Of a stretch of DNA of 64,000 nucleotides, positions 1 through 11,514 are shown one piece after another; position 1 is the stretch's first letter, and each line of letters opens with the position of its first letter. This DNA is from Amphiscolops sp. MND2022 (taxonomy: Eukaryota). The translations under genes and the position numbers were made by a program. Location: assembly GCA_964187785.1 (NCBI GenBank), contig OZ076409.1:59460001-59524000 (forward strand), given 5' to 3'. The notes beneath the pieces are model-generated. The model searched no databases and had not been told where the DNA came from. It worked only from the letters and a program-made list of their open reading frames with translations.

Positions 1-2389
1 CAGTTACAGTGTATGGCGCGACAAGACCAATGGGATCATACACTGCGGACACTAAGCTAAGAACAATGCGCTGTGTAATTGGTCGGTTCAGGTCAGGCGT
101 GGTGCCTCGGCTGACAACCAAAGTGTCACGACTGTGGTTCCATTTTAAGCCCAACACGTGACAAGTCTCTTCGTCTGTTGCTAAGACTTTCTCGGTCGAG
201 TCGGTAGGCAGTTGAGATTTCGGGTCGACGCGGTTGACTAAACTTGGTACATTGCTGACGAACTTGGTTAGTTTGAAACCACCTTTCGCTAACATTTCAA
301 CAAGGTCTTGGGCTTTCTGGGTTGCTTCGTTGACGGTTGGGCTTGACTCAAGATAATCATCCATGTAAAAATGGTTTTCGACACTATTGGCGGCTTCAAG
401 GAACTGTATTCGGTTGTCACGAGCAGTCTGTTGCAAAGCGTAGTTGGCACACGTTGGTGAATCCTTGGAACCGAAAATGTGACGCACGTATTGGTACACA
501 GCGACGTCTGTTGCTGGGTCCTCCCGCCACAGAAAACGAAGAGACGGTCGGTCTTCAGGAATTACACCAACTTGTAAAAACATTCCCTCGATGTCAGCGG
601 ATACGGCGTAGGGATGTTGTCGGAATCGCATGAGTTTAACATGGATTAACGTTTGCAACAAGTCAGGACCAGTTAAAAGTTGGGTGTTCAGTGAAACACC
701 ATGAAATTTCGCTGCACCATTGAGCACGCGGCGTACTTTTCCTGGCTTGTGAGGGTGAAACACTGGGTGGTGCGGTAGGTACCACTCACGCGGGTTGTCG
801 ATTCTAAAACAGTCTGACTTGTCGATTTGAACGATGTATCCCTTTTCGAAGTCGTCTTTAATGGTCTGAGCGTAACTCGCTTTCCGTTCAGGAGATTTTT
901 CGAGTCGACGTTCAAGGGATTTCAATTGCACTAAGGCTGAAAAGTAGTTGTTGGGGAGACTACTCCCGTCATCAGCCCACAACATACCGACCTGATATCG
1001 GCATCCGTCATGATATGTTGTTTCTTGCAAAAGTTTCGACGCTCTAGCATCGGCAGCAGAGCGCGGGTCTACTTGTTTCATTGCAGCGAAAGACTCCATT
1101 TCATACCAACTCCGAAGTTGATCGGCCAACTTGGAGTCACTCTCACTTTGCGTGACAGCTTTGAAGCAAGTCGAGACGAGTCCCGAAGTCGAAGGCAGAG
1201 GTCCACTCAAAACCCAACCCAACGGTAATCGGACGGCAATTGGAGTATTTTTTCGGTCGGCTTCAAAATACTCCAACGGGCGGATTGAGTGGAACACGTC
1301 TTGACCCAGTATCATTTCGACGTCTCCGTAGCTGTACTTGCTCAGAGCAACGGGCTCCAAGTGAGGGTATTGTTGTTTCAATTGGTCAACATCAGTGACA
1401 TCGTTTCCAACATGCAAGTTTTTTCTGACGTGAGGTTTGACATCAAAAGTAGAGCAAGAGCCACCCGAATGAACAGGTGTCAACTTAAGCTCAACTATTT
1501 GAGTGTCAACAACTTGTTGAGAATTGATACCATGAACGGTTAGTTTGGTCGGTAAGCCCTTTACGTTCAACTTGGTTGCGAGATCTTCGGAGATCCAAGA
1601 GTGACTGCAGGAGGAGTTGCACAGGGCCAAAACTTTGACGGAGGTGGTTGGTGTATGAACTTCAACTTCAGTTATTTGAAGAAGTCCTTTCACATCGCTC
1701 ACGGAACAAACTCCGGAGCTTTCTCCTGCTTTATTCACAGTTGTTCTGGGGCTACGCGATCCAGTTGCTTGGTTAGTGGACTGTTTCGGTGTCGTTCTTG
1801 GTTGAAAGACTCTCTCTGCGCCATGTAGCAGGGTGTTGTAAGAGCTGCTACATCCATCTTTGTTGCACTTGCGTGGTTGCGGACATTGTCGGAAAGAATG
1901 GTTTCCTTTCAGACAAGAGAAACAAAGTTTGTTTTCGGCAACAATCTTTGCTCTGTCGGTCGGCGTTTTATCAAGAAACACGCGACAGCGCCATAGTGGA
2001 TGGTTGTCTTTGCACACAATACAGTTTAGTTGCACTCGGTTAGGCTTGGTTCCGTTTCCGTTTGAAGATGCGCTAGTAGCAGCAGAGGCAAAAACTTTCG
2101 CACCAGTTTTTGTTCGAGTAACGGATGGCGCGCTTTCATCGTTCTTGAGTTTTGTGGCTGAGACTTTCATCCTCTCGTGTGCCTCGGCCTTATCTTTCAA
2201 CCATTCGTTAAAATCCAAGAGGGTTGGTCGGCTCCAGTCTTTCTTGACAGTGTGCATAGACCAAGCTTCCTTCATGTTCGGGGGAAGTTTCTGTACTGCT
2301 TGGCCCAAAAGTGCCGCACTCGACAAGTCGTGTTCGTACTTCAAGGAGCGAAAAATTCCTACCAACGCCGAAATCGTTGCAGAGAAAAA
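1..2389 (-). CDS. BEL/Pao gag C-terminus + pol (zinc knuckles, protease, reverse transcriptase), partial; open to the window edge
   Basis: Manual translation: FSATISALVGIF...CIVCKDNHPLWRC...CFSCLKGNHSFRQC...LCNSSCSHSWIS (protease site, Asp read as Asn, ~1601-1624)...YMDD at 356-367. Probably missing from the ORF track because no stop lies inside the window. Confidence 0.9.
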
Positions 2390-2397
2390 ATTACGTT

Positions 2398-4218
2398 CTA
2401 CCTGTTGTGCATTTTCAACGGTGGGAAGCCACTTAGTTTGTCCAAGTGAGCGCTTACAACAGCGTGTGGCTGGCCAAATTTTCGTTCAAGAGTTTTCAAT
2501 GCATCTTGGTACATTGTGCCACAGTAAGCAAACTCAGCTATCGCTGTCTTGGCCTTGCCAGTTACAAGTGTTTTCAAATACGTGAGCTTTACATCATTCG
2601 AGAGTGGTGCGGAGTCAATAGCACTTCTGAATTGACCAATCCACTCGTGCCATTGTAGTGGGTCTCCGTTGTATTGCTCTAGTTTCCACTCAGGAAGATG
2701 GTCTTTTTTAACGGCAGTCAGTAGTTGCGCAAGATCTTGGATAGTAACTGCAGTTGGTGTTGCAGGGGGAATCGTTGACTGAACTGTAGTCGGAAATGTC
2801 GGAAAAGGAACGTTCACTGGGGCTGTTGTAGACTGTGGAATCGGGATGGTCATTGATGGGGTTGTTGTCGCGAGAGGATTACAATAAAAAGTTGTTCCTC
2901 CACTTTGGATTGGTACTACTGGTGCAAAAATCCCCGTTGTTGTCACGATTGGTGATGCAGTTGTGCTTGGTAGCGTAACTTGTCCTCTTACAGGCTGCGG
3001 AACTGTAGCATGTACTGTGGGGAAGCTACTCGGAGCTGGAAATGTCCAAGCGGACAAGTTCGGTATGACATGGCTTGTCGGAATGTTGACTTGAGTGACA
3101 GACGGTTGTACGTGTGGCAACAATGTCCTACTTTGTGGATTTACCATCGGTACTGTCATGGTAGAAACAGTATTCGACGTGGTGTTCACAGGTCGTGGCT
3201 GAAACATTGGCAGTGTGTTAACCGCAGCAAGTGAAGGCGAAGTACTGTTTGGCCTCAGAATGGTAGAATTAGACAAAATGCCGATTGGGGGAACCTGGCT
3301 TTGTCTCTGTCCAATATTGACATTAGCAGAAGAACTCACTAGTGGCGTTGCTTGTCTAATTTGAACAACATCGGTTAATGCGGGAATGACTGCAGGGTTG
3401 GACAATCTCGCTACATTGTCGAATTCCATAGAACTGGTCTGTGGTTGGTTTGAAACACTGTCAGGTTCATTAACTTCATTAACCCAGTCAGACACTCTCT
3501 GAGACGTTGTTTGCTTCGAGTGTTTACTAATTTGAGACAGTCTTTCACGAAGTTCGTCAGTCGCTTGAGACAAGTCGTCAGTTAACTCCAATTCAGTGAG
3601 CTTGGCTTCGGCAAGTTTTCGTCTGTTTTCTTCTTCTAGTTCTTCCAATTGGAGAGCTTGTTCTTCTTCCAACCTTTCTTTTTCGCGATCCAATTGTTTT
3701 CGAGCGACCTCTTGTTTCTGTTTAGCCAAACGAATCGCGATCGCATTTTGTCGTTCTAGTTCTTCTCGACGGTGGGTTGCTAGAAGAAGATCTTTTTGTC
3801 TTTGACTCGACGTTTTCGTTTTAGCAGAAGTTGATGATCTTTTGGAGGCACTTTTGTTGACTGTGCCGACTGATGAGTGGGACTTCACATCGGATCCGTT
3901 GCAATTGTCGATGTATTCTCGAGCTCTTCTCAAAATTTCGTCATTTTGCTCAGTGACTTCACTCAACCACTTTTCTAAGTCGGCTTGAATTGTTTCTGAG
4001 TCAGACGTTTTAGATGCAAGTGTAATCAACTGCGCGTTTCTGTCAAAAGCTTTCGTCATTGCACCTTCAGTTTCTTTGACAAGACGTTCGACTCGAACCT
4101 TTCGATCTCCATTTGTAATGGAATCGAGTATCTTTTGTTGGAGTGAATTCAATTCAGTCTGCGCCTTCAGTCGAGTTTCGTGGAGTTTCTGAACCTTTTC
4201 TTGTTGGGATTCTGTCAT
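2398..4218 (-). CDS. BEL/Pao Gag (N-terminal coiled coil, long Pro/Thr/Val-rich spacer, DUF1759-like capsid region), cut by a premature stop
   Basis: 606-aa ORF with ...KLTYLKTLVTGKAKTAIAEFAYCGTMYQDALKTLERKFGQP..., typical of BEL/Pao Gag. Homology continues in another frame after TAG at 2398-2400. Confidence 0.92.
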   Translation of the reverse strand: MTESQQEKVQKLHETRLKAQTELNSLQQKILDSITNGDRKVRVERLVKETEGAMTKAFDRNAQLITLASKTSDSETIQADLEKWLSEVTEQNDEILRRAREYIDNCNGSDVKSHSSVGTVNKSASKRSSTSAKTKTSSQRQKDLLLATHRREELERQNAIAIRLAKQKQEVARKQLDREKERLEEEQALQLEELEEENRRKLAEAKLTELELTDDLSQATDELRERLSQISKHSKQTTSQRVSDWVNEVNEPDSVSNQPQTSSMEFDNVARLSNPAVIPALTDVVQIRQATPLVSSSANVNIGQRQSQVPPIGILSNSTILRPNSTSPSLAAVNTLPMFQPRPVNTTSNTVSTMTVPMVNPQSRTLLPHVQPSVTQVNIPTSHVIPNLSAWTFPAPSSFPTVHATVPQPVRGQVTLPSTTASPIVTTTGIFAPVVPIQSGGTTFYCNPLATTTPSMTIPIPQSTTAPVNVPFPTFPTTVQSTIPPATPTAVTIQDLAQLLTAVKKDHLPEWKLEQYNGDPLQWHEWIGQFRSAIDSAPLSNDVKLTYLKTLVTGKAKTAIAEFAYCGTMYQDALKTLERKFGQPHAVVSAHLDKLSGFPPLKMHNR

Positions 4219-4445
4219 CTTGCCTGCTTTTCGGTTGTTTAGATAATAAGAGGACAGACACGGTGAGTGGCACGGTGTACGGGAAATGAAAGAACACGCT
4301 GCTGTTTTTGAGGGAGTTCCTACTGAGCATCAACCGAGCAGTGAAGCTCGGACGCAGCACAGAAAGGAACGGATGAGGCGAGTTGCAGCGTCAACCGGTC
4401 AATTAGGTCCGAACGCGGCTACAACACGAAAGGTGAGACAGGTTA

Positions 4446-5045
4446 CTAGTTGGCAGCAGACAATGTGTTTTTTATTGCCTTGCGAGCGCGTTTAGAGGGG
4501 CGTTTGGGACGACTTCGGGCAGTAATTTGCGACAGATCATTTTCATATTTCAAAACAAGATTCAGATGTTTCAGCTCTAGATCGGGGCTCTGATGCAATG
4601 CCTTTAAACTTTGCAAATAGTCTGAATCTTTTTGCTTTCGCAATGAAATGAGGTCTTTTGCAATATTCAAGACCAAGATGTCGGTTTCCTGCAATTCGGT
4701 AAAAATGTCTGGCGTTCGGTCACGTTGGCAATACACTAGAGCCCTGATTCTGTTTTGGTAAGATTTCAACACGTCTACTAGATCAGACACTGAAAGAGCA
4801 CGGTAGGAATTGCTTTTGTGTCTGCAAATACTATTGTTTATAACGTCATGCCAAATAATTAGGTCTTTTTCGTCCTTGAAATCTTTTTCAATCAAGTTCT
4901 GAACCACCTTTTTAGGATTTTTTGCATGAATGTTTAAGCTCAGGCCCGGAATAGAATAAACCTTTTCTTTAACGAGTTTTTGGTCTTCGGGTTTTACAGT
5001 TTCAATTGCGTGGTGCAAAGAACTCGCAGCCAAAATTCGAACCAT
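4446..5045 (-). CDS. Accessory ORF upstream of gag; SGNH/GDSL hydrolase-like protein with basic C-terminal tail
   Basis: Intact 199-aa ORF, same strand as gag, ending 227 nt before the gag ATG. Motif order VRILAASS / SIPGLSL / DLIIWHDVINN / ALVYC / ILVLNI / LHQS matches SGNH blocks I, II, III and V; tail RSRPKRPSKRARK. Confidence 0.6.
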   Translation of the reverse strand: MVRILAASSLHHAIETVKPEDQKLVKEKVYSIPGLSLNIHAKNPKKVVQNLIEKDFKDEKDLIIWHDVINNSICRHKSNSYRALSVSDLVDVLKSYQNRIRALVYCQRDRTPDIFTELQETDILVLNIAKDLISLRKQKDSDYLQSLKALHQSPDLELKHLNLVLKYENDLSQITARSRPKRPSKRARKAIKNTLSAAN

Positions 5046-5344
5046 TCAATTGTTTGGTAGCAATTTTCACTTGTTTTTTTTTGTTTATCGGGATTATTGG
5101 ACTTTTTTTTGCGCAATAAATGTTTTTCTCAAAAGTTCTCAATGTTTTTTTTCAGGTCTTGCTACCCAAAAACGAAGCACACATTTACAAATGCAAATAT
5201 CAAAACTTTTCTAAGTGTTTGTTTTGGGAACAAAACCTTCCGGGAGCCAAAGGTAAACCTCAGGGGTCATGGGTCAACTTCCAGGGGTCGGTGGTTAGCG
5301 TCCCGGGAACAGGGGTTGGCTTCCAAGGATCAGGGGTGGCCTCC

Positions 5345-5454
5345 GGTGGGTCACGGGTTGGCCTTTGGTGGGTCACGGGTGGGCCTCTGGTGGGTCACGG
5401 GTGGGCCTTTGGTGAGTCACGGGTTGGCCTCTGGTGGGTCACGGGTTGGCCTCT
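5345..5454. repeat. GC-rich 22-bp tandem repeat (GGTGGGTCACGGGTTGGCCTYT x5) in the element leader
   Basis: Units start at 5345, 5367, 5389, 5411 and 5433; degenerate units extend back to ~5260. Confidence 0.95.
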
Positions 5455-5466
5455 CAATGGCCACCA
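5450..5466 (-). promoter_or_regulatory. Putative primer-binding site TGGTGGCCATTGAGAGG (tRNA-Ile-like 3' end)
   Basis: Starts with TGG immediately after ...TTTTACA on the minus strand; its complement CCUCUCAAUGGCCACCA resembles a tRNA-Ile acceptor/T-stem end. Confidence 0.55.
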
Positions 5467-5800
5467 TGTAAAATTCTATATTTCGGCTTTATAGAATTCG
5501 TAAGAATTTCTACTGTTAGAATTTGAAAACAGTGATAGTTCAAGATTCTTTTATACGAGAACAGTAACAACATTAAAGTGGGTTTTTCAATCCCGCCGTT
5601 TCAATTTCGACTCAATCGTAAATCGGAAACAAATTCACTAACTGACGTGAACAGATGATTTTAATACACTGAATAGCAAGACCTTTTTCAAGTTTATTCA
5701 GAACGTGTGTGAACAAAAAGTAGATGTTTTGGACATGCAAACATTTTTCTCAAACGATTTCTATTTCCTATTTAAACTAAGTGTTATTTGCACGGCAACA
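5467..5800 (-). repeat. Putative 5' LTR of the BEL/Pao element
   Basis: Minus strand TGTTGCCG...AATAAA (~5693)...TTTTACA, directly followed by the PBS. No second LTR in the window to confirm the start. Confidence 0.4.
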
Positions 5801-8475
5801 GAGACATTAAAAGGTAAATATTTGAACAGATATTAGTTTTCTGTTTCCTTCAAAGTTTCATTTTCAAAAATCTGTTTCCTCATAGCTAATCGATAGCCAT
5901 AAACAAAACTGCTTGCTTTTCTATTGGAGCATATATTTCTTTTGATCTTCAAAGATATATCAATTAAATGACGCAAACTCACTCACTGAAACTTGACACT
6001 TTAAGAAATTTTTTGGAAATATAAAAATGATTGTCAAAACCTTCCATCATCAGTCGCTTGAACTAGATCAAAAATTTGATTCGCCAACGAAATGAATGGA
6101 AAAATTGTTCAATTCTTCTGCCATCGGCGAACTTTTTGACAACCATCATCATATACGCACTGCAAACTGCCTAAAGATTCGAAATTAAGGTAAATTATTG
6201 GAAGGTCTGTTGAAAATATGCCCATCAGGTCTAGTTTGTTCACTCAGACGATAAGATAAAATAATGACAAACGGCAAAATCAAAGGCTGTTTTTGAATAA
6301 AAAATTAAATATTCTTTTTGTACAGACTTTAATTACTTGAAACCACCCGTAGCCCTGTTTGTCAAAACTTTAGTAAAACAGAGCTTTTGTTGCAAATTGT
6401 ATATAAGCAGAATTATTGGCGCTTCACTTTTGTAAAGGCAATCAGGGCCGGGAAAAGATCTATCAACCCTCGTCGACAGTCTGACTGGAATCAAAATTTT
6501 CATTGAGGTGGGGGATGGAAATTGGCGGGAAGGAAATCGGTTATTCGTTGTGAACGGGGTTGAAAAACTCAAAATCTCGTGGAATCGAAAACAAGGCTGG
6601 GATAGTGTAATCGGGGGTATGAAGGGTCCATTTCGAAGTAAGAGATATAGGCAGAAAATTAGGCACAATTTCGATTCATCTTTGAATTGATTTTCTTGAC
6701 AATATTTGGAGCGATCGAATTTTGAACAATTCCAATTTGCCTTCAAAAATTTCTCAAGAAATCAAAACCATCACAAAAACTCGCATCTTGGCTCGTGTAT
6801 TTCAAATGATACTCGCAGTTCGTTTATACAATTTTTAACAACCTTTCGAACAATACATCTCGACAAAGAAGCCAACTTCGGAAATCGTGTCCAATCAAAC
6901 TATTCTGAGAATCTTCATCTGTCAAAACAACCGTGATTGGAACTTTGAAATTGTGGACGAAAAATGTAGGGGAACTATTTTCTAGCAGAAGCAATAATTC
7001 GATTTTTGCTGATGCTAAACAAAAAATGGCAGATAGCTGGACAACTTCTAATATACTTCTGGAGAAAAAGACCTTCTAGTTTTCTGTGGAGTGAAAAGTT
7101 AACTTCCCGACATTCCACACATGTTTTGGAGGGAAACAAGTATTTCACAATCTCAGCAGTGAAAACTTTCGTGTAAAATAATGAAAAGTAATCCAGGAAA
7201 ATAGAGTTTGAAAAGATATTTTATCAAATTTTCAAAATTCCATCAAAAATTGCAACTTAATGAAACGGTTGTTTTTTATCTCTGGGTATCATTTTTCCAT
7301 TTTTTTGCTTTTAATTTTTCAAACCAAAGTTTTTCGTATTTCCCAAAAATCTACGACAAAAATTAGGCTCATAAATTTTGTTTCTGGAGTTAAACGTTCC
7401 AAAATCAGTCAAACGTTATTTGAACGTTCCAAAGTCAGAAAGGTACAAAATGTTGGAAAAGTTCGAACATTTTCTCATTTTCACATAAATATTGTCGAAT
7501 GTTTGAGCACTCTAGTACGCACGAAAACACAGCGTTCAATAAAAACATTGGCTCCTCAATTAATTTTTTTGAAGTTTCATTGAGAAAAAACCCAAAACGA
7601 ACCAAAAAAGCCAAAGAACGCAACTATTCGTGTAAGCTTTGATCATTTCCGTTTTCTGCAAGCAGATTAATTACGCTAGAGCCTCAAAATTATGTTGTCG
7701 AAATGGATAATTCCCGTGCCAGGGAATCGTGCCAATGATCATTGTTAACAGATGATATATTATTCTTCATTCTTGAAGGCTAAGATTTTTACCGCGTAAA
7801 TATTTTCAAGTTCTGAGGCATTGAATAACGTTTCCACAACAATGTAAAAAAAACTTTTGAAAGTTAAGTATCAGCCCGTGAATCCTTAAAAATGCAAACA
7901 GATTTTTTTGACTGAAACTCAAAGATGTTTACATAATGTTCGATCTATTTGAAATAATTGACACTATAACTCAAAAAGCATTCAGTTGCTTGACAGGCAA
8001 CGAGAGTTTGAGACCAAAACATTTTTACACGTAGCGCTTCTTCGGGAACACATACTACACGATGACCCGAAAAAACCGTACACTAATTAATTTTTGCTTG
8101 AATTGAAATACTAGATATAGGTAGACCAAACATGACAAAGCGTATGTGGTACTGAACTGGGCTGTCAATCAAAAAATGCAAAAGGCGTTTTCAAACTGCC
8201 TGTGATCAAAAAAGTGCGTTTCTGATTGCGAGTTCTTGATTTTGGTTCAATTTACCGGCCAAATCTGTCTGATTTTGTCCTGAAACAGATAATGTTGTTC
8301 TGAATGATTGCCATGCGACAAATTGAAATTCAAAGTGCTCGTAACATGTTTTTGACAAATGTTTACGTTTTCAAACTGACGAAATTTGACATGTCGAGTT
8401 TTTTGCAGGTCACCTAGAATTGAGAGTTGTGAATTTCAATTTAGTGACATTTGCAAAAAATGTGTCTGATTTTCA

Positions 8476-9202
8476 TGTAACGTATTGTGCTTTGGAGATA
8501 TACCACAACGTGTGTCGGGATTGGTGGCGCAATTCTGTAATCCCAGCTGCTTGGGAGACATAGGTTGTAGGATCGATTCTCTCAGTGGGCAAGTGTAGCT
8601 TGGTGACCCATGTTGACCTGGTGTCCACACTAAGCTCTATGTCGACATGGGTGTAGTGCGCAAGTGGTATGTGCAGGTCGGATAATGAGAGGCGACTCGG
8701 CCCAGGGAGGAAACTCAGCAGGCAAAAGTCTCCGCACGGAGTGGTAGTTGGATAGCACTGGTGAATGGGCACTATACTACACTCACGGAGAGAATCGAGA
8801 CTCAACCTTTTATTTCAGCATGTTATAAAGTTCAGTATTGATCATTGCTTTTCAAGAATTCAAACAAATAATATTGGTTCAATAAACTGCAATCAAGTAC
8901 CCTGTCATGTTGTTTTTTTTAAATCAAAACCCAGTCATTGGACCAAAAACTCACCACTTCATGCTTAGTTGGAAATAAGCTTGAGCTGGTTATCACGTGA
9001 TGATTGACAAGTGACATCCGAGCGACCTTGGTAAAAATGATTCTATTGACTTAGAATAGCTGTGAAAGCACAGTCAAATTCCACAGTCCCTGAAAACTTC
9101 ACCATTTCTGCCAAAAGTACACCCAAGGAGGTTGTACAGTACTACTGGACCTAGTGAAATAGAATTTAAATTAAAATATTGTCTTACGAAAATTAACCAA
9201 CA
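8476..9202 (-). mobile_element. Solo LTR (727 bp) with 4-bp TSD TTCA
   Basis: Minus strand TGTTGG...CGTTACA; TTCA at 8472-8475 and 9203-9206; CCAAT, TATA-like TTTATAA and AATAAA in LTR order. Confidence 0.65.
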
Positions 9203-9639
9203 TTCATCTTGATGAATGTGCAAAAATATAAATCAGATCAAAATTATGCAACAAATTTGACTAAATATATGGATACAGTAGAATTTCGAGTCCCAATTCA
9301 TCTACCTGATAAGATCTGCAACTTACGAGCCGACACATTACGACGCCAATCGGGGAAGTTTTGATTTTTTTCAAGAATTGACAAAAGTTGGTTTTCTCAC
9401 CTACCGAAATGTGTTTTCAAGAATTCACAAAAGTTGTGCACTTCAAAGAAAATGGCAGTGCCGCCAAAATGATTGAAGAATTCACACACTAATATTAGCA
9501 GTGCAAAAATGAAATTTTCAAGAAATGAGAAAATTGATTTGTGGATTCTTCATAATAATGATAATCTATGCTGCATGTGTAACATCGGGTTGTCCACCTG
9601 CTGAGGCTTTGAGGTAGAGAAGTTTCACACAAAGAAGCA

Positions 9640-9890
9640 AACAAGACGAGAAGATTTCAAGTCGACACCCCGCCTAAGGTTCAAACGGCGCTAAGTCTTT
9701 CAGAAATGCTGAAAATAATCCTTTAGTGCCGAAAGACACCCTTTGGACTGAAAAAAGACCTTTTCCTAATTGTGAATATCAAGAACAGCAAAAGGGGGAC
9801 CCTTTGGTGGCTAGAAAATTTTTCAAGAAAACTGCATTACGTCAAAAAAAATCCAAAAATGGGACCCTTTGCTCTCTTTTAGTTTCGCAG
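9640..9890 (-). mobile_element. DINE-1/Helentron-like non-autonomous element, partial
   Basis: End AAACAAGACGAGAAGATTTCAAGTCGACACC and GGGGACCCTTT subrepeats shared with the other copies. Confidence 0.55.
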
Positions 9891-11514
9891 GTCATGTTAA
9901 ATTGTTGAAACTACAGGGGCATAGCCATCGCTCAACCCTTATTCATTTTTATCTCTTTTTTTGTCCACAGAAAAGCTTTTTGTCGGCTGGCAAGGCACAT
10001 TAAGTAAAAAGGTCAAGTCCTTTTGAACTATCGAGCATATTTTCAAATTCTATTTTTTTTGCCCGAACTACCACTCTTTGCTTCTCTCTTTGAAGATATC
10101 ATCTCGTTCAAAGGTTTGTTTTGACGTTGTACAACTGACGTTTTCGTTTTCAATTCGTCTTTCTAATGAACAAGGAATCGATAGTGTAGAAGCATCTAAA
10201 ATTGTTTTTGAGTATTACAAATGGGGGTATAAACAGTAACTTCTAAAGCACTGCTAACATTTTTCGGCGTGTTTCAGACTATTGTGAACAAATCAGGACA
10301 ATTTTTTACTTGAATTGTCACAGTGACTCGAATGCCACATGATCAAAAAAGGCTCAAATTTTCATGAATTGCAACGACACCTCAACATTTTCATGCTCTT
10401 TAAATGTGAAGTATTCGCCATCAAGTCATGGAAATAGCAACGCGTCTGAAACTAATTAAAATACAGGTTTATCAAACCAATGAAGGGAAGGTGAAGCATT
10501 TGATAATCAGGCATAACGACACGGCGTCAAATAATTGATAACTTTGAAAGTGAAGCATTCTAGATGAACGTTGAATGCTTTCGATGATCAGTACAGGTTT
10601 CCACCCATACTCATTGGGAACTTATACAAATCTAATTGCTACTATCAAATTATACTACAAATTTGAAAAAAAACTTTTTTGTAAGAAAAAGAAGGTGACA
10701 TTGCGACTTGTAGGTTGTTACATATTTCTGGGTTCGTTGTAGAAAACATTCGTCATGGCATACACAAAAAAGGTTTTTTAAACCAATTCACACTACTCTA
10801 ATCAGGAAGAAATTGAAACCATGCACTTATCTAGCAAATTTTTTACAAAAAATGTTATTCTTGCGAACCGATGCCGGTCTTGCAAGAATCTTGCAAGACG
10901 ATGCAAATCTTTCAAGCTGATGAACAAGACATCACTGATTCTTACAAAAAACTTGCAAGCGTGAACTCTTATAGCGACACGAAATTCGTAAAAGAAGATC
11001 TATGCACTATAATGTCGCAACTGGTTTACCGAAACACTCATTCAATTTGATTCATAGTGAAAAATTTTACGTCGGTATAAATTTCTAAGGATTACAATAA
11101 AACAACATCATGTTCCTTTTGTATCAAAGAAACCCTGAAAAATTTGACACAAAGTTGGTGTCGATATTGTTCTTTACAGGTGATATAGGCTATGTTCTAT
11201 GATGGAACATAAAATCTATAATTTAATATTTATTGTAAAATGAAATGAGATCATGTGTTGGTCAAGTGATGATTCGTGATACAGATTCAGCTGAATACGG
11301 TCTCTCGTAATAGATATCCTAATTGTAATATCCTAATTCTACTTCAACTGCCAATGGTTCAAAAAACCGTTGTTAGCTAGATTCGAAAATAACCGTCTGC
11401 TAAGCGCGAGCGGTTTCGGCCAGATAACTTCTATGATAACGTCTCTATTCCGCATCCGTAACAATTGACCACATCGAAGGCAGGGTAGGGTGTTAGGCAA
11501 TACTTTAGGATCAC

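Larger units (their letters stand above)
1..5800 (-). mobile_element. BEL/Pao LTR retrotransposon, 5' half (LTR-PBS-extra ORF-gag-protease-RT); 3' part lies outside the window
   Basis: Gag DUF1759-type segment LPEWKLEQYNGDPLQWHEWIGQF, triple Cys/His knuckles, Pao protease region ending LPLGWVLSGP, RT motifs WYLPHHPV, ADIEGMFLQV, HIFGSKDSP, FYMDD and downstream VYDPIGLVAPY. Upstream boundary is tentative. Confidence 0.95.

Noticed and set aside
2384..2400. Programmed -1 frameshift at T TTT TTC between gag and pol
   Set aside because: The slippery-like run lies after the TAG and within the capsid-like region; point mutations explain it more simply.
1860..2585. 241-aa plus-strand ORF and other plus-strand ORFs in 1-4.5 kb
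   Set aside because: Antisense shadows of gag-pol.
5097..5494. Two 124-aa Gly-rich ORFs
   Set aside because: By-products of the 22-bp GC-rich repeat.
6333..6746. 137-aa ORF, and NFLPISLTS in another frame (like LINE RT NYRPISL)
   Set aside because: No further RT motifs; neighbouring codons do not fit.
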